Assembly: GCA_017510335.1 (NCBI GenBank)
Contig: JAFWNM010000033.1
Span: 86,868-150,867, forward strand
Source of the DNA: Paracoccaceae bacterium
Lineage (GTDB): Bacteria; Pseudomonadota; Alphaproteobacteria; Rhodobacterales; Rhodobacteraceae
Direction: 5' to 3'
Length of the DNA stretch: 64,000 nt
Shown here: positions 37,942 to 47,165 of the stretch, in pieces
Layout of the letters: every line of letters starts with the position of its first letter
Position numbering within the stretch: position 1 is the stretch's first letter
The notes under the pieces: generated by a model
What the model was told of the DNA's origin: nothing
Databases searched by the model: none
Seen by the model: only the letters and a program-made list of their open reading frames with translations
Made by a program: the position numbers and the translations under genes

Positions 37942-38063
37942 CCTTCGGTAACTGTAACAGCAAAATTCAGCGCAGGTGGCGCTATGTCACACCGATTTTT
38001 GGTGACAGACGCCGCGACCTGTGGTGCAATATCCTTGTTGTCATCAGAGAAGGAGGAATTTCA

Positions 38064-38231
38064 ATGTCATTGGGTTCACATATTGCGGAACTCCGCCGAA
38101 AGCACGAACACCTCTCTGAAAAGGTAGAAACGGCCCAGCGCAGCCCCGGAATTGACGATCTGGAAATCGCTACCTTGAAGAAACAGAAACTGCGCCTGAA
38201 AGAAGAAATCGAGCGTCTGTCACACGCATAA
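38064..38231 (+). CDS. DUF465/YdcH-family small coiled-coil protein
   Basis: MSLGSHIAELRRKHEHL...LKKQKLRLKEEI; strong AAGGAGG RBS. Confidence 0.85.
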   Translation: MSLGSHIAELRRKHEHLSEKVETAQRSPGIDDLEIATLKKQKLRLKEEIERLSHA

Positions 38232-38251
38232 GCGCTCTTTCCCTGGAAGTG

Positions 38252-38278
38252 AAACGGCCCGCAGTTGCGGGCCGTTTT
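38252..38278. terminator. Bidirectional terminator between DUF465 and phaB
   Basis: 11-bp stem AAACGGCCCGC-AGTT-GCGGGCCGTTT. Confidence 0.85.
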
Positions 38279-38307
38279 GTATTTCAACCAACCCGTAAAA
38301 AAACAGG

Positions 38308-39030
38308 TCAGGCGAAGAACTGCGCGCCATTTGCGCTGATGGTTGACCCGTTGATAAAGCCCGCATCATCGGCAACCAGAAACGCCACGCAGCGCGCAAT
38401 TTCTTCGGGTTCGCCAAGCCGGCCCGTTGGAATCTGGCCAATAATGGCTTCGCGCACCTTTTCAGGCACAGCCATAACCATTTCAGTGGCAATATAGCCG
38501 GGGCAAACCGCGTTCGCCGTAATCCCGAACCGCGCCCCTTCGTGGGCAAGGCTTTTTACAATGCCCAGATCACCGGCCTTGGTGGCGGCGTAATTCACCT
38601 GACCAAACTGGCCTTTTTGCCCGTTGATGGACGAAATGACCACAATGCGCCCGAATTTGCGTTCGCGCATGCCGGGCCAGACCGGGTGAATGGTGTTGAA
38701 CACACCTGTCAGGTTGGTGTCGATCACTTCGCGCCATTGCTCGGGCGTCATTTTGTGAAATGGTGCGTCGCGGGTAATGCCTGCATTGGCCACAACAATA
38801 TCAATCGGGCCAAGATCCGCTTCGACCTGTGCAATGCCTGCCTTGGACGCGCCATAATCTGCTGCATTCCATTTATATGTCTTAATGCCGGTCTGTTCGG
38901 TGAAGGCCGCCGCCGCAGCGTCATTGCCCGCATAGGTTGCAGCAACTGTGCAGCCTTGCGCCTTCAATGCTTGTGAAATAGCCGCGCCAATACCGCGCGA
39001 TCCGCCGGTTACCAATGCTACTCGTGCCAT
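38308..39030 (-). CDS. phaB: Acetoacetyl-CoA reductase
   Basis: Motifs TGGSRGIG, NAGITRD, SSINGQKGQFGQVNYAATKAG and PGYIATEMV; follows phaA. Confidence 0.96.
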   Translation of the reverse strand: MARVALVTGGSRGIGAAISQALKAQGCTVAATYAGNDAAAAAFTEQTGIKTYKWNAADYGASKAGIAQVEADLGPIDIVVANAGITRDAPFHKMTPEQWREVIDTNLTGVFNTIHPVWPGMRERKFGRIVVISSINGQKGQFGQVNYAATKAGDLGIVKSLAHEGARFGITANAVCPGYIATEMVMAVPEKVREAIIGQIPTGRLGEPEEIARCVAFLVADDAGFINGSTISANGAQFFA

Positions 39031-39084
39031 CTTCTCCCCCCTCTGTCAGGAATTATACTTCGCAATAATCGCTATATAGAAACC

Positions 39085-39115
39085 AAAGGTTGCGCAAGAA
39101 TATTGCGCAACCTTT
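39085..39115. other. 13-bp perfect inverted repeat between phaA and phaB
   Basis: AAAGGTTGCGCAA-GAATA-TTGCGCAACCTTT. Confidence 0.8.
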
Positions 39116-39123
39116 TTTCAGAC

Positions 39124-40296
39124 TTAGCGCTCCAGGCACATGGCAACGCCCATGCCGCCCCCGATGCACAATGTTGCCAGACCCTTTTTCGCATCGCGGC
39201 GCTGCATTTCAAACAGCAGCGTGTTCAGGATACGACAGCCCGATGCGCCAATGGGGTGGCCAATCGCGATTGCGCCGCCGTTGACATTGACCTTGTCAAT
39301 ATCCCAGCCCATTTCCTTGTTCACTGCACAAGCCTGCGCAGCGAAGGCTTCATTGGCTTCGATCAGGTCCAGATCTTCGGGTTTCCAGCCAGCCTTGGCC
39401 AGCGCCTTGCGGCTGGCGTAAATTGGCCCTACGCCCATAACCGACGGGTCAAGCCCGGCAGTGGCATAGCTGGCAATACGCGCAAGCGGCGTCAAACCGC
39501 GCTTTTCGGCATCTTCCGCGCTCATCAGCATAACGGCTGCGGCACCATCGTTCAAGCCAGACGCATTGGCGGCAGTGACAGAACCATCTTTGGCGAAGGC
39601 CGGGCGCAGCTTTTGCATCGCGTCCATTGTGGCCCCGTGGCGGATATATTCATCCTGATCCACGACAATATCGCCCTTGCGGGTTTTGACGGTAAACGCC
39701 GCGATTTCATCCGCGAACTTTCCAGCCTTTTGCGCGGCTTCCGCCTTGTTCTGACTGGCAACAGCAAAAATGTCTTGCTGCTCGCGGCTGATCTGCCATT
39801 TCTCGGCCACGTTTTCCGCTGTTTGACCCATGTGATAGCCGTTGAAGGCATCCCAAAGCCCGTCGCGAATCATGGAATCGATCATTTTCATGTCGCCCAT
39901 TTTTTGGCCTGCGCGCAAATGCGCAACATGGGGGCTAAGGGTCATGTTTTCCTGGCCGCCCGCCAGCACGATGGCCGCGTCGCCCAGCTGGATATGCTGC
40001 GCGCCCAGCGCGACAGCCCGCAGGCCGGACCCACACACCTGATTGATGCTCCAGGCCGCAGCTTCGATTGGCAGGCCCGCATTCACATGCGCTTGGCGTG
40101 CGGGGTTCTGCCCCTGACCGGCAGTCAGAACCTGCCCCAAAATGGTTTCAGACACTTCTGCCTTGTCGACACCCGCACGCGCGACTACGGCTTCCAGAAC
40201 GGCCGCCCCCAGATCATGTGCAGGCGTATTGGCAAATGCCCCGCCAAAAGACCCGACAGCCGTGCGGGCGGCAGAAACGATAACAACATTGGTCAT
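39124..40296 (-). CDS. phaA: Acetyl-CoA acetyltransferase (beta-ketothiolase)
   Basis: Motifs [24 protein letters not shown] and LCIGGGMG; GGAG RBS before ATG40296. Confidence 0.96.
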   Translation of the reverse strand: MTNVVIVSAARTAVGSFGGAFANTPAHDLGAAVLEAVVARAGVDKAEVSETILGQVLTAGQGQNPARQAHVNAGLPIEAAAWSINQVCGSGLRAVALGAQHIQLGDAAIVLAGGQENMTLSPHVAHLRAGQKMGDMKMIDSMIRDGLWDAFNGYHMGQTAENVAEKWQISREQQDIFAVASQNKAEAAQKAGKFADEIAAFTVKTRKGDIVVDQDEYIRHGATMDAMQKLRPAFAKDGSVTAANASGLNDGAAAVMLMSAEDAEKRGLTPLARIASYATAGLDPSVMGVGPIYASRKALAKAGWKPEDLDLIEANEAFAAQACAVNKEMGWDIDKVNVNGGAIAIGHPIGASGCRILNTLLFEMQRRDAKKGLATLCIGGGMGVAMCLER

Positions 40297-40575
40297 GGAG
40301 ACTCCTCTCTCGATCCTCAAGACACCTGATGGAAAGGGCAGAATTGCCGTCACATGCCATTCAGGGACGCTTCGGTTTTAACATGCTCCGGCGTCAAGGC
40401 AATGAAACTTCCCACAATGCTGGCGCAATCAAACACACCACGCGGGGAATCATCTTTGCAAGGGGGGCGTTGCGCACAGGTTTGTCGCGCGAAACCCAAC
40501 AGTTTGTTTCCATGATTCGCCTCTCTGCCCATGGACAGATGTGTTAATTTTAAGCTAAAACGCACGCGGAGGTTC

Positions 40576-40905
40576 ATGTTGGACAAACGAAACGCAAAAT
40601 ATCATCTGGGCCAGATCGTACGCCATCGAAAGCACCCGTTTCGCGGGGTAATCTTTGATGTGGACCCCGCATTTTCAAATACGGAAGAATGGTATGATGC
40701 CATTCCCGAAGACAGCCGCCCGCGCAAGGACCAGCCTTTCTACCATCTGCTGGCGGAAAACGATGAGAGTTTTTATGTGGCCTATGTGTCCGAACAAAAC
40801 CTTGTTCTGGACGAGTCCGGACAACCCTTGGAACACCCGGACTTGCATGAACTGTTCGGCGACTTCCGTGAAGGCAGCTATCCGCTTCAGATCCATATGA
40901 ACTAG
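40576..40905 (+). CDS. hspQ: Heat shock protein HspQ
   Basis: AKYHLGQIVRHRKHPFRGVIFDVDP...QPFYHLLAEN...AYVSEQNL. Confidence 0.92.
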   Translation: MLDKRNAKYHLGQIVRHRKHPFRGVIFDVDPAFSNTEEWYDAIPEDSRPRKDQPFYHLLAENDESFYVAYVSEQNLVLDESGQPLEHPDLHELFGDFREGSYPLQIHMN

Positions 40906-40968
40906 GGCCGGGTCATCCAGACACACTGCAGCGCGGGTGCTGATTTCAGCTGCACGATGACCCCAGTA

Positions 40969-41433
40969 TCACACCTGTGGCAGTCCAGTGGCGATTGTGC
41001 CGCTGTCAACAGGGGCCATGGGGGTGCCCGCAACAAGAAACTGCAGGATGTTCTTATCCTGCTCGCGCGAATAGTGCAGATCGCGCGTCAGTGTCTTTAT
41101 CAGGAACCAGCCATATCCGCCTTCGCAAAGGGCATCAGGGTCAGGCAGCATATCGTCCAGGGCCAGCGGATTGAATTCAATACCATAATCGCTGACCATG
41201 CATTCCACGCCATCACCAACAAGCGACAGATGCAACCTTATTATCCCTTGGTCATGTCCATAGGCGTGGCGGGCGATATTACTGAACACTTCCGCAAGCA
41301 CCAGTGCAAGGTCGTCGTGCAATTGCGGGTGCGTTGGGTTTTGTTTCAGGAATACGTCAACTGCTTCAAGGACTTCCCTGATTTTTAGAAGACTGCTTTC
41401 GGTTTCAAGCACTAGCTTCATATTGTTGTCCAT
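40969..41433 (-). CDS. RsbW/RbaW-like anti-sigma factor Ser kinase (HATPase_c)
   Basis: N box AEVFSNIARHAY, G1 box SDYGIEF, G2 box EGGYGWFLI. Confidence 0.88.
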   Translation of the reverse strand: MDNNMKLVLETESSLLKIREVLEAVDVFLKQNPTHPQLHDDLALVLAEVFSNIARHAYGHDQGIIRLHLSLVGDGVECMVSDYGIEFNPLALDDMLPDPDALCEGGYGWFLIKTLTRDLHYSREQDKNILQFLVAGTPMAPVDSGTIATGLPQV

Positions 41434-41492
41434 TTTCCGCCACTACAGTTGTCCACCCCCTGCGTCGCGTTACCCTGTCCGGTAGGATACTG

Positions 41493-41834
41493 CTATTCTG
41501 CCGCTGAAAGGCCGTTCACATCAGGAAGGCTGTCGTGAATACGGAAAACAGTGTCCATTCTGGTCAGGCGAAAAACCTTCATGACGCCCGGACTTGGCGC
41601 CGCAAGCTCCAGCGGGCGTTCCGGTCCCAACAGTTTCATGGCGCCGACAATCGCGCCCAGTCCGCTGCTGTCCATGAATTCGACATTTGACAGCCCCAGA
41701 ATAACAGGGCTTCCAGGATGTGCTGTTGCACTTCTGATAGCGTCCTTGAAGGCCAGCGCGACCGCCGCATCAAGGCGCGTTTCCAGAACATCGATAACCA
41801 ACGCCCCCGCGGATTGACCTATTGAGAACTGCAT
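41493..41834 (-). CDS. STAS anti-sigma factor antagonist (RsbV/RbaV-like)
   Basis: RLDAAVA...LSNVEFMDSSGLGAIV with the phospho-acceptor Ser motif. Confidence 0.9.
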   Translation of the reverse strand: MQFSIGQSAGALVIDVLETRLDAAVALAFKDAIRSATAHPGSPVILGLSNVEFMDSSGLGAIVGAMKLLGPERPLELAAPSPGVMKVFRLTRMDTVFRIHDSLPDVNGLSAAE

Positions 41835-41928
41835 GTGACGTGCTTCCTTTTCATTGCCTATGGCAAGATTAGGCGGCAAAGATTACCAAGAAGTTGTCAA
41901 AGCCGGGAATAGGCAGGGGGCAAGCACG

Positions 41929-43110
41929 ATGGACAAAGTAGCAATTCTGGGTGCAGCGCGCACAGCAATGGGTGGCCTGCAAGGCGTGTTCGCGCAGGTT
42001 CCGGCCGCAAAGCTGGGCGGGGCGGCAATTTCGGGCGCATTGCGGGATGCGGGCCTGCAAGATGGCGCGGCAGTTCAGGAACTGCTGATGGGCTGCGTCC
42101 TGCCCGCCGGGCAAGGACAGGCCCCCGCGCGTCAGGCAGGGTTTGCCGCCGGATTGTCCCAGGATGTGCCCGCAACAACCCTGAACAAGATGTGTGGTTC
42201 CGGCATGAAGGCGGCAATGCTGGCGCATGACCAGATCGCGCTGGGGCAAGCGGGTGTTATAGTGGCTGGCGGCATGGAAAGCATGAGCCTTGCACCCTAT
42301 CTGCTGCCGAAAATGCGCGCCGGCGCACGGTTGGGTCACGGGCAGGTGCTGGACCACATGTTCCTTGACGGGCTGGAAGATGCCTATGACACAGGCCGCC
42401 TGATGGGCAGTTTTGCCGAGGATTGCTCCGAGCATTTCGGGTTCAGCCGAGAGGATCAGGACAGATACGCGCTGGAATCACTGTCAAACGCCCTGTCCGC
42501 CATGGAAAACGGTGCTTTCACGCGTGAGATTACCCCTATCGCTGTGACAGCGCGCAACGGGGAAAATGTCGTTACGGAAGATGAACAACCAAGGGCCGCC
42601 CGCCCCGACAAGATACCCCACCTGAAACCGGCCTTCCGCAAGGGCGGCACAGTAACGGCAGCGAATTCGTCCAGCATATCAGATGGCGCGGCGGCACTGG
42701 CCCTTGCATCAAACGCCACCGCCGGGGCATTGGGCCTATCGCCACGCGGCTGGATTTGCGGCCATGCAAGCCATGCACAGGCCCCTGGATGGTTTACGAC
42801 CGCCCCCGTGCCCGCCGCGCGCAAGTTGCTGGACCGTCTGGGATGGCAGGTGTCCGATGTGGACCTGTGGGAAGTGAACGAGGCATTTGCTGTGGTGCCC
42901 ATGGCGTTCATGCGGGAAATGGGCCTGCCGCGCGATGTGGTGAACGTGAATGGCGGGGCCTGCGCATTAGGCCACCCGATCGGCGCATCGGGGGCGCGCA
43001 TCATGGTGACGCTGCTGAATGCGCTGGAACACCACGGATTAAGGCGCGGAGTCGCAGCAATTTGTATTGGCGGCGGCGAGGGGACAGCTATTGCCATCGA
43101 GCGCGGTTAA
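41929..43110 (+). CDS. Acetyl-CoA C-acyltransferase (thiolase)
   Basis: Motifs [24 protein letters not shown] and ICIGGGEG. Confidence 0.93.
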   Translation: MDKVAILGAARTAMGGLQGVFAQVPAAKLGGAAISGALRDAGLQDGAAVQELLMGCVLPAGQGQAPARQAGFAAGLSQDVPATTLNKMCGSGMKAAMLAHDQIALGQAGVIVAGGMESMSLAPYLLPKMRAGARLGHGQVLDHMFLDGLEDAYDTGRLMGSFAEDCSEHFGFSREDQDRYALESLSNALSAMENGAFTREITPIAVTARNGENVVTEDEQPRAARPDKIPHLKPAFRKGGTVTAANSSSISDGAAALALASNATAGALGLSPRGWICGHASHAQAPGWFTTAPVPAARKLLDRLGWQVSDVDLWEVNEAFAVVPMAFMREMGLPRDVVNVNGGACALGHPIGASGARIMVTLLNALEHHGLRRGVAAICIGGGEGTAIAIERG

Positions 43111-43119
43111 GCGTGCAAA

Positions 43120-43186
43120 GGGGGGCGCCCTTGCCCCCCATCGAGGGGGGTCGCGGGCGCAAAGCAATGGGCTGCGCCCATGCTTT
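43120..43186. repeat. Two GC-rich hairpins (REP-like/terminator) between thiolase and msrC
   Basis: GGGGGGC-GCCCTT-GCCCCCC (43120-43139) and AAAGC(A)ATGGGC-TGC-GCCCATGCTTT (43161-43186). Confidence 0.55.
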
Positions 43187-43209
43187 CTGCACATTGGAAA
43201 GGTTGGATA

Positions 43210-43668
43210 ATGCTTGATTACGCTGCACTTTCGCAACGCATAGCTGCGCTGACCGAAGGGGAAACCGATATGGTTGCCCTGATGGCGACTATTGCGTGCG
43301 AAGTGCACCACAGTGACGCACGGTTCAACTGGACAGGGTTTTACCGTGTCACTGCGCCAGAGATGTTGAAAATCGGCCCGTATCAGGGCGGGCATGGGTG
43401 TCTGGTCATCCCGTTTTCACGCGGGGTTTGCGGCGCGTGCGCGCGCAGCGGGCAAGCGCAGCTTGTCGCGGATGTTCATACGTTTGCAGACCATATCGCC
43501 TGTTCCAGCAGCACCTTGTCCGAACTTGTGCTGCCGGTGCGCAACCTCAAGGGCGAGCTTGTCGCGGTGTTTGACATTGACAGCGACCTGCCTGATGCCT
43601 TCACCACCACCGACAGGGATGAATTGCAAGCCATCCTGGACCGGACATTCGCACGGGAATTGACATGA
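43210..43668 (+). CDS. msrC: GAF-domain free methionine-(R)-sulfoxide reductase
   Basis: NWTGFY, GPYQGGHGC, GVCG and HIACS (the three MsrC cysteines), SELVLPV, FDIDS. Confidence 0.88.
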   Translation: MLDYAALSQRIAALTEGETDMVALMATIACEVHHSDARFNWTGFYRVTAPEMLKIGPYQGGHGCLVIPFSRGVCGACARSGQAQLVADVHTFADHIACSSSTLSELVLPVRNLKGELVAVFDIDSDLPDAFTTTDRDELQAILDRTFARELT

Positions 43669-44708
43669 CACATCTATGGGTTCGCGCCGAACAGCGCCCG
43701 CAGGAAGAACGCGTGGGCATAACGCCCGAAGGCGTTACCGCACTGATTGAACAGGGGTTTCGTGTCACTGTGGAGGACAGCCCCTGCCGCGCATTGCCGC
43801 TTGCGCCTTATCTGGCTGCAGGGGCAGAAGCCGCCCCCTTCGGCAGCTGGCCGGACGCCCCCGAGGAAGCTATCATCTTCGGGCTGAAGGAGTTGCCGGA
43901 AGATGACAGCCCCCTGCGCCATCGCCACATCATGTTCGGTCATGCCTTCAAGGGCCAGGCCGCAGGCCAGCGCCTGTTGGCGCGGTTTTTCGCAGGCGGG
44001 GGCGTTCTGTATGATCTGGAATACCTGACCAATGATCAGGGCCGCCGTGTCGCGGCATTTGGCTATTGGGCGGGCTATGCGGGGGCGGCAGTGTCGCTTC
44101 TGGCCTTTGCGGCGCAGGCGCGCGGGGGAATTTGCGCGGCGGTTGCGCGTTTCGACGACCGGCACGCCATGGCGCATGCAGTTTCAGAGGCGCTGGCCGG
44201 GTTGGCGCCACCACGCGTTTTGATCATCGGCGCATTGGGGCGCGTGGGCACAGGTGCCGCCGATCTGTGCGCCGCTGTCGGGGCCAATACAACACGTTGG
44301 GACATGGCAGAAACCGCGCATGGCGGCCCCTTCCCCGAAGTGCTGGACCATGACATGTTCCTGAACTGCATTCTGGCCAGTCCCGATGCGCCGGTGTTCG
44401 TGCCCGCAGATGCGCGCGACGCCCCACGCAAACTGCGCGTCATTGGCGATATTGCCTGTGACCCCACATCTGAATTTTCACCCGTAAAGGTATATGACCG
44501 CGCGACGGACTGGGACGCGCCTGTGCTGCGGGTCTGCCAGAATCCGGTTCTGGACGTCATGGCGATTGACAACCTGCCATCGCTGCTGCCGGTTGAGTCA
44601 TCGCAGGATTTCGCCGCGCAACTTCTGCCACATTTGCTGGCGCTGGATGACCTTAGCGCGGGGGTATGGGGTCGGGCACGGGCGGTGTTTGACCAGCATC
44701 GCGCATAA
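43665..44708 (+). CDS. Saccharopine dehydrogenase (NAD+, L-lysine-forming; fungal Lys1/LKR-like)
   Basis: Motifs RAEQRPQEER, GLKELP, HIMFGHAFKGQ, LYDLEYL, GRRVAAFG, IIGALGRVGTGA and IDNLPSLLP. Confidence 0.9.
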   Translation: MTHLWVRAEQRPQEERVGITPEGVTALIEQGFRVTVEDSPCRALPLAPYLAAGAEAAPFGSWPDAPEEAIIFGLKELPEDDSPLRHRHIMFGHAFKGQAAGQRLLARFFAGGGVLYDLEYLTNDQGRRVAAFGYWAGYAGAAVSLLAFAAQARGGICAAVARFDDRHAMAHAVSEALAGLAPPRVLIIGALGRVGTGAADLCAAVGANTTRWDMAETAHGGPFPEVLDHDMFLNCILASPDAPVFVPADARDAPRKLRVIGDIACDPTSEFSPVKVYDRATDWDAPVLRVCQNPVLDVMAIDNLPSLLPVESSQDFAAQLLPHLLALDDLSAGVWGRARAVFDQHRA

Positions 44709-45570
44709 CCACGCGCGAACGCTGCACCGCCAGAATACCCGCCATGATGACCACCACGCCCAGCAGGTCGAACAGGCCCAGCGCCTCGGACAACAAGAAG
44801 GCCGCGACGGCCACCCCGAAAAACGGGTTCAGGAAGTGATAGGTCGCGGCGCGAACCGCGCCAATGCGTGCCACCAACAAGAACCACACCCATGTCGCCG
44901 CCAGACCGGGCACCAGCACCGTGTAGCTGAACGCGCCCGCCAGACGCCATGTCCAGTTCACCTCGAAACTTTCGAACGCCAGCGCGGGGCCAATCAGGAT
45001 TGCAGACCCCACCAGCATTTGCAGGCCCACAATCATCAGCAAATTGCCGCCACTGGCCGACGCCCCGCGCACCGACAGCGTTGCAACCGTCAGCGCAACC
45101 ACGCCCGCCACGCATAATAGCAACCCGAACAGGTCAACCCCGCCGGATAATCGCGCGCCCATGATGATGGCCACACCGGCAAACCCCGCAAACAGGCCCC
45201 CCACCGCCAAGGGGCGCAAACGCTCGCCCAGCACCAGCCAGCTTGCCAGCGCCACCAGTAGCGGCATGGTCGACGCGATGATGGCAGCAAGCGAAGCTTC
45301 AATCGTTTGCATGGCAATGAAATTCAGGCCCAGATACAGCGCGTTTTGGGACAGCCCGAAAATGAATGTCGCGCGCCATTGCGCGGGCGTCAGGTGCCAG
45401 CTTTGGCCCAGCGCGCGCGCGATGGCTATGCCAATCAGCCCCGATATCAGGAACCGCAGCGACAGCGCCAGCATGGGCGGCGCATCCGCCACAATCATGC
45501 GCGCCGATGTAAACGCCGATGACCACATGAACGCAAAGGCAAGGCCCATAAGTAACGCGCGAATATCCAA
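44653..45570 (-). CDS. EamA/DMT-family transporter
   Basis: About 10 TM segments with duplicated EamA pattern (AFMWSSAF, LSLRFL, FLNPFFGVAVAAFLLSE); TTG start inferred. Confidence 0.88.
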   Translation of the reverse strand: MDIRALLMGLAFAFMWSSAFTSARMIVADAPPMLALSLRFLISGLIGIAIARALGQSWHLTPAQWRATFIFGLSQNALYLGLNFIAMQTIEASLAAIIASTMPLLVALASWLVLGERLRPLAVGGLFAGFAGVAIIMGARLSGGVDLFGLLLCVAGVVALTVATLSVRGASASGGNLLMIVGLQMLVGSAILIGPALAFESFEVNWTWRLAGAFSYTVLVPGLAATWVWFLLVARIGAVRAATYHFLNPFFGVAVAAFLLSEALGLFDLLGVVVIMAGILAVQRSRVVMRDAGQTPPVPDPIPPR

Positions 45571-45666
45571 ACCTGCCCCCTGCGTTGCACATGTGAAGCG
45601 ATACCGCCTTTGTGCGGGCAATGCCAGCGCTGGAATGCGCGCCCCGCCAGACGGCAAGGCCCATGC

Positions 45667-46431
45667 CTATTTCGGGGGCAGGCGGGTCGCGCCATCCAGC
45701 CGGATTGTGGTGCCGTTCAGATACGGGTTTTCAATGATCTGCGCGACCATCAGCGCATATTCCGCAGGGTCACCCAGACGCGCGGGGAACGGAATATTTG
45801 CAGTGATGGCAGCAGTGGTTTCGTCCGGCAGGCTTTCCATCATGGGTGTGCGGAACAGCCCCGGCGCGATGGCCATGCACCGAATGCCCGAACGCGCGAA
45901 ATCCCGCGCGGCGGGCAGGCATAGCGCCGCAATGCCCCCCTTGGACGCAGCATAGGCCGCTTGCCCCACCTGGCCGTCCTGCCATGCCGCCGAGGATGTG
46001 TTGATCACCACACCCCGTTCGCCACCTTCCAGCGGGTCCAGCGCCTGCATGACCGCCGCGCCATGCGCCATGACATTGAACGACCCGATAAGGTTAACGC
46101 GGATCACGCGTTCAAACAGGTCGGTTGACGGTACACCGTCGCGGTTGACCACACGCGCGGCCAGTCCGATGCCCGCGCAATTCACAACCGCGCGCAACTG
46201 CCCGCGCCCGTCCTGCACGGCCTGCGCCACAGTTTCGCCCACCTGCGCGGCATCGGACACATCCACCTGATAAGCTCGTCCCCCGATTTCGGCAGCCATG
46301 GCCGCCCCGCGCGCGGCGTCGAAATCGAAAATCGCCACTTCCGCGCCCAGCGCGGCCAGCTGACGCGCTGTGGCGGCGCCCAAACCACTGCCGCCACCTG
46401 TAACGATGGCCATATGTCCCTTGATCTGCAT
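45667..46431 (-). CDS. SDR 3-hydroxyacyl-CoA dehydrogenase (HSD17B10-like)
   Basis: Motifs VTGGGSGLG, VNCAGIG, ERGVVINTSS, GQVGQAAYAASKGG and IAPGLFRTPM. Confidence 0.9.
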   Translation of the reverse strand: MQIKGHMAIVTGGGSGLGAATARQLAALGAEVAIFDFDAARGAAMAAEIGGRAYQVDVSDAAQVGETVAQAVQDGRGQLRAVVNCAGIGLAARVVNRDGVPSTDLFERVIRVNLIGSFNVMAHGAAVMQALDPLEGGERGVVINTSSAAWQDGQVGQAAYAASKGGIAALCLPAARDFARSGIRCMAIAPGLFRTPMMESLPDETTAAITANIPFPARLGDPAEYALMVAQIIENPYLNGTTIRLDGATRLPPK

Positions 46432-46545
46432 AAGCATCCCTCCTGCCTGAACGGCACAAGTTATGCCGCGCTGCGCCCCCAGTGCCAAGCCCTGCTTGCC
46501 AGTTTGCGCGCCCTGTCCTATGTCAAACAAAAGCAAGAGGACCGC

Positions 46546-47136
46546 ATGCCCCCACCCCGCGCCTGGCAAAGAATGCTGTCTGGCCGCAGGCTTGACCTGC
46601 TGGACCCGACACCTGTTGATATCGAGTTGGAGGACATCGCCCACGGCCTTGCCTTCGTGGCGCGCTGGAATGGACAGACGCAAGGTGACTGGCCCTATTC
46701 CGTGGCCGAACATTCGCTGCTTGTCGAAGAAATCTTCACCCGCGCCGCACCAAAGCCCGAACCGCGCTGGCAACTGGCGGCATTGCTGCATGACGCGCCC
46801 GAATATGTCATTGGCGACATGATTTCGCCAGTCAAGGCCGCTGTCGGGCCGGATTATGGCGCACTGGATGACAGGCTGTCAGCGGCGATTCATATCCGCT
46901 TTGGCCTGCCCGCGACTTTGCCCACACAGGTCAAACGCCGTATAAAAGCCGCAGACAAACTGTCGGCCTGGCTGGAGGCCACGAAGATTGCGGGCTTTTC
47001 CGTAACCGAGGCAAACCGCTTCTTCGGGCGCCCCGACCCGGACCTTGCCGCGACGCTGTGCCTGCACCTGCGCCCCCCGGCCCAGGCCCGATCCGCCTAT
47101 GTTGCACGGTGTGAAACCTTGCTTGCCGCGCTATAA
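46546..47136 (+). CDS. HD-domain hydrolase (YfbR-like)
   Basis: Motifs AWQRMLSGRRLDL, RWNGQT, SVAEH, LLHDAPEYVIGD and IKAAD. Confidence 0.85.
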   Translation: MPPPRAWQRMLSGRRLDLLDPTPVDIELEDIAHGLAFVARWNGQTQGDWPYSVAEHSLLVEEIFTRAAPKPEPRWQLAALLHDAPEYVIGDMISPVKAAVGPDYGALDDRLSAAIHIRFGLPATLPTQVKRRIKAADKLSAWLEATKIAGFSVTEANRFFGRPDPDLAATLCLHLRPPAQARSAYVARCETLLAAL

Positions 47137-47165
47137 CCCCAGCATACCCGAAATAAGGACGCGCC

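Noticed and set aside
39103-40329. 408-aa ORF antisense to phaA (likewise 33760-34575 antisense to ahcY)
   Set aside because: Typical stop-free antisense frame of highly biased, highly expressed genes.
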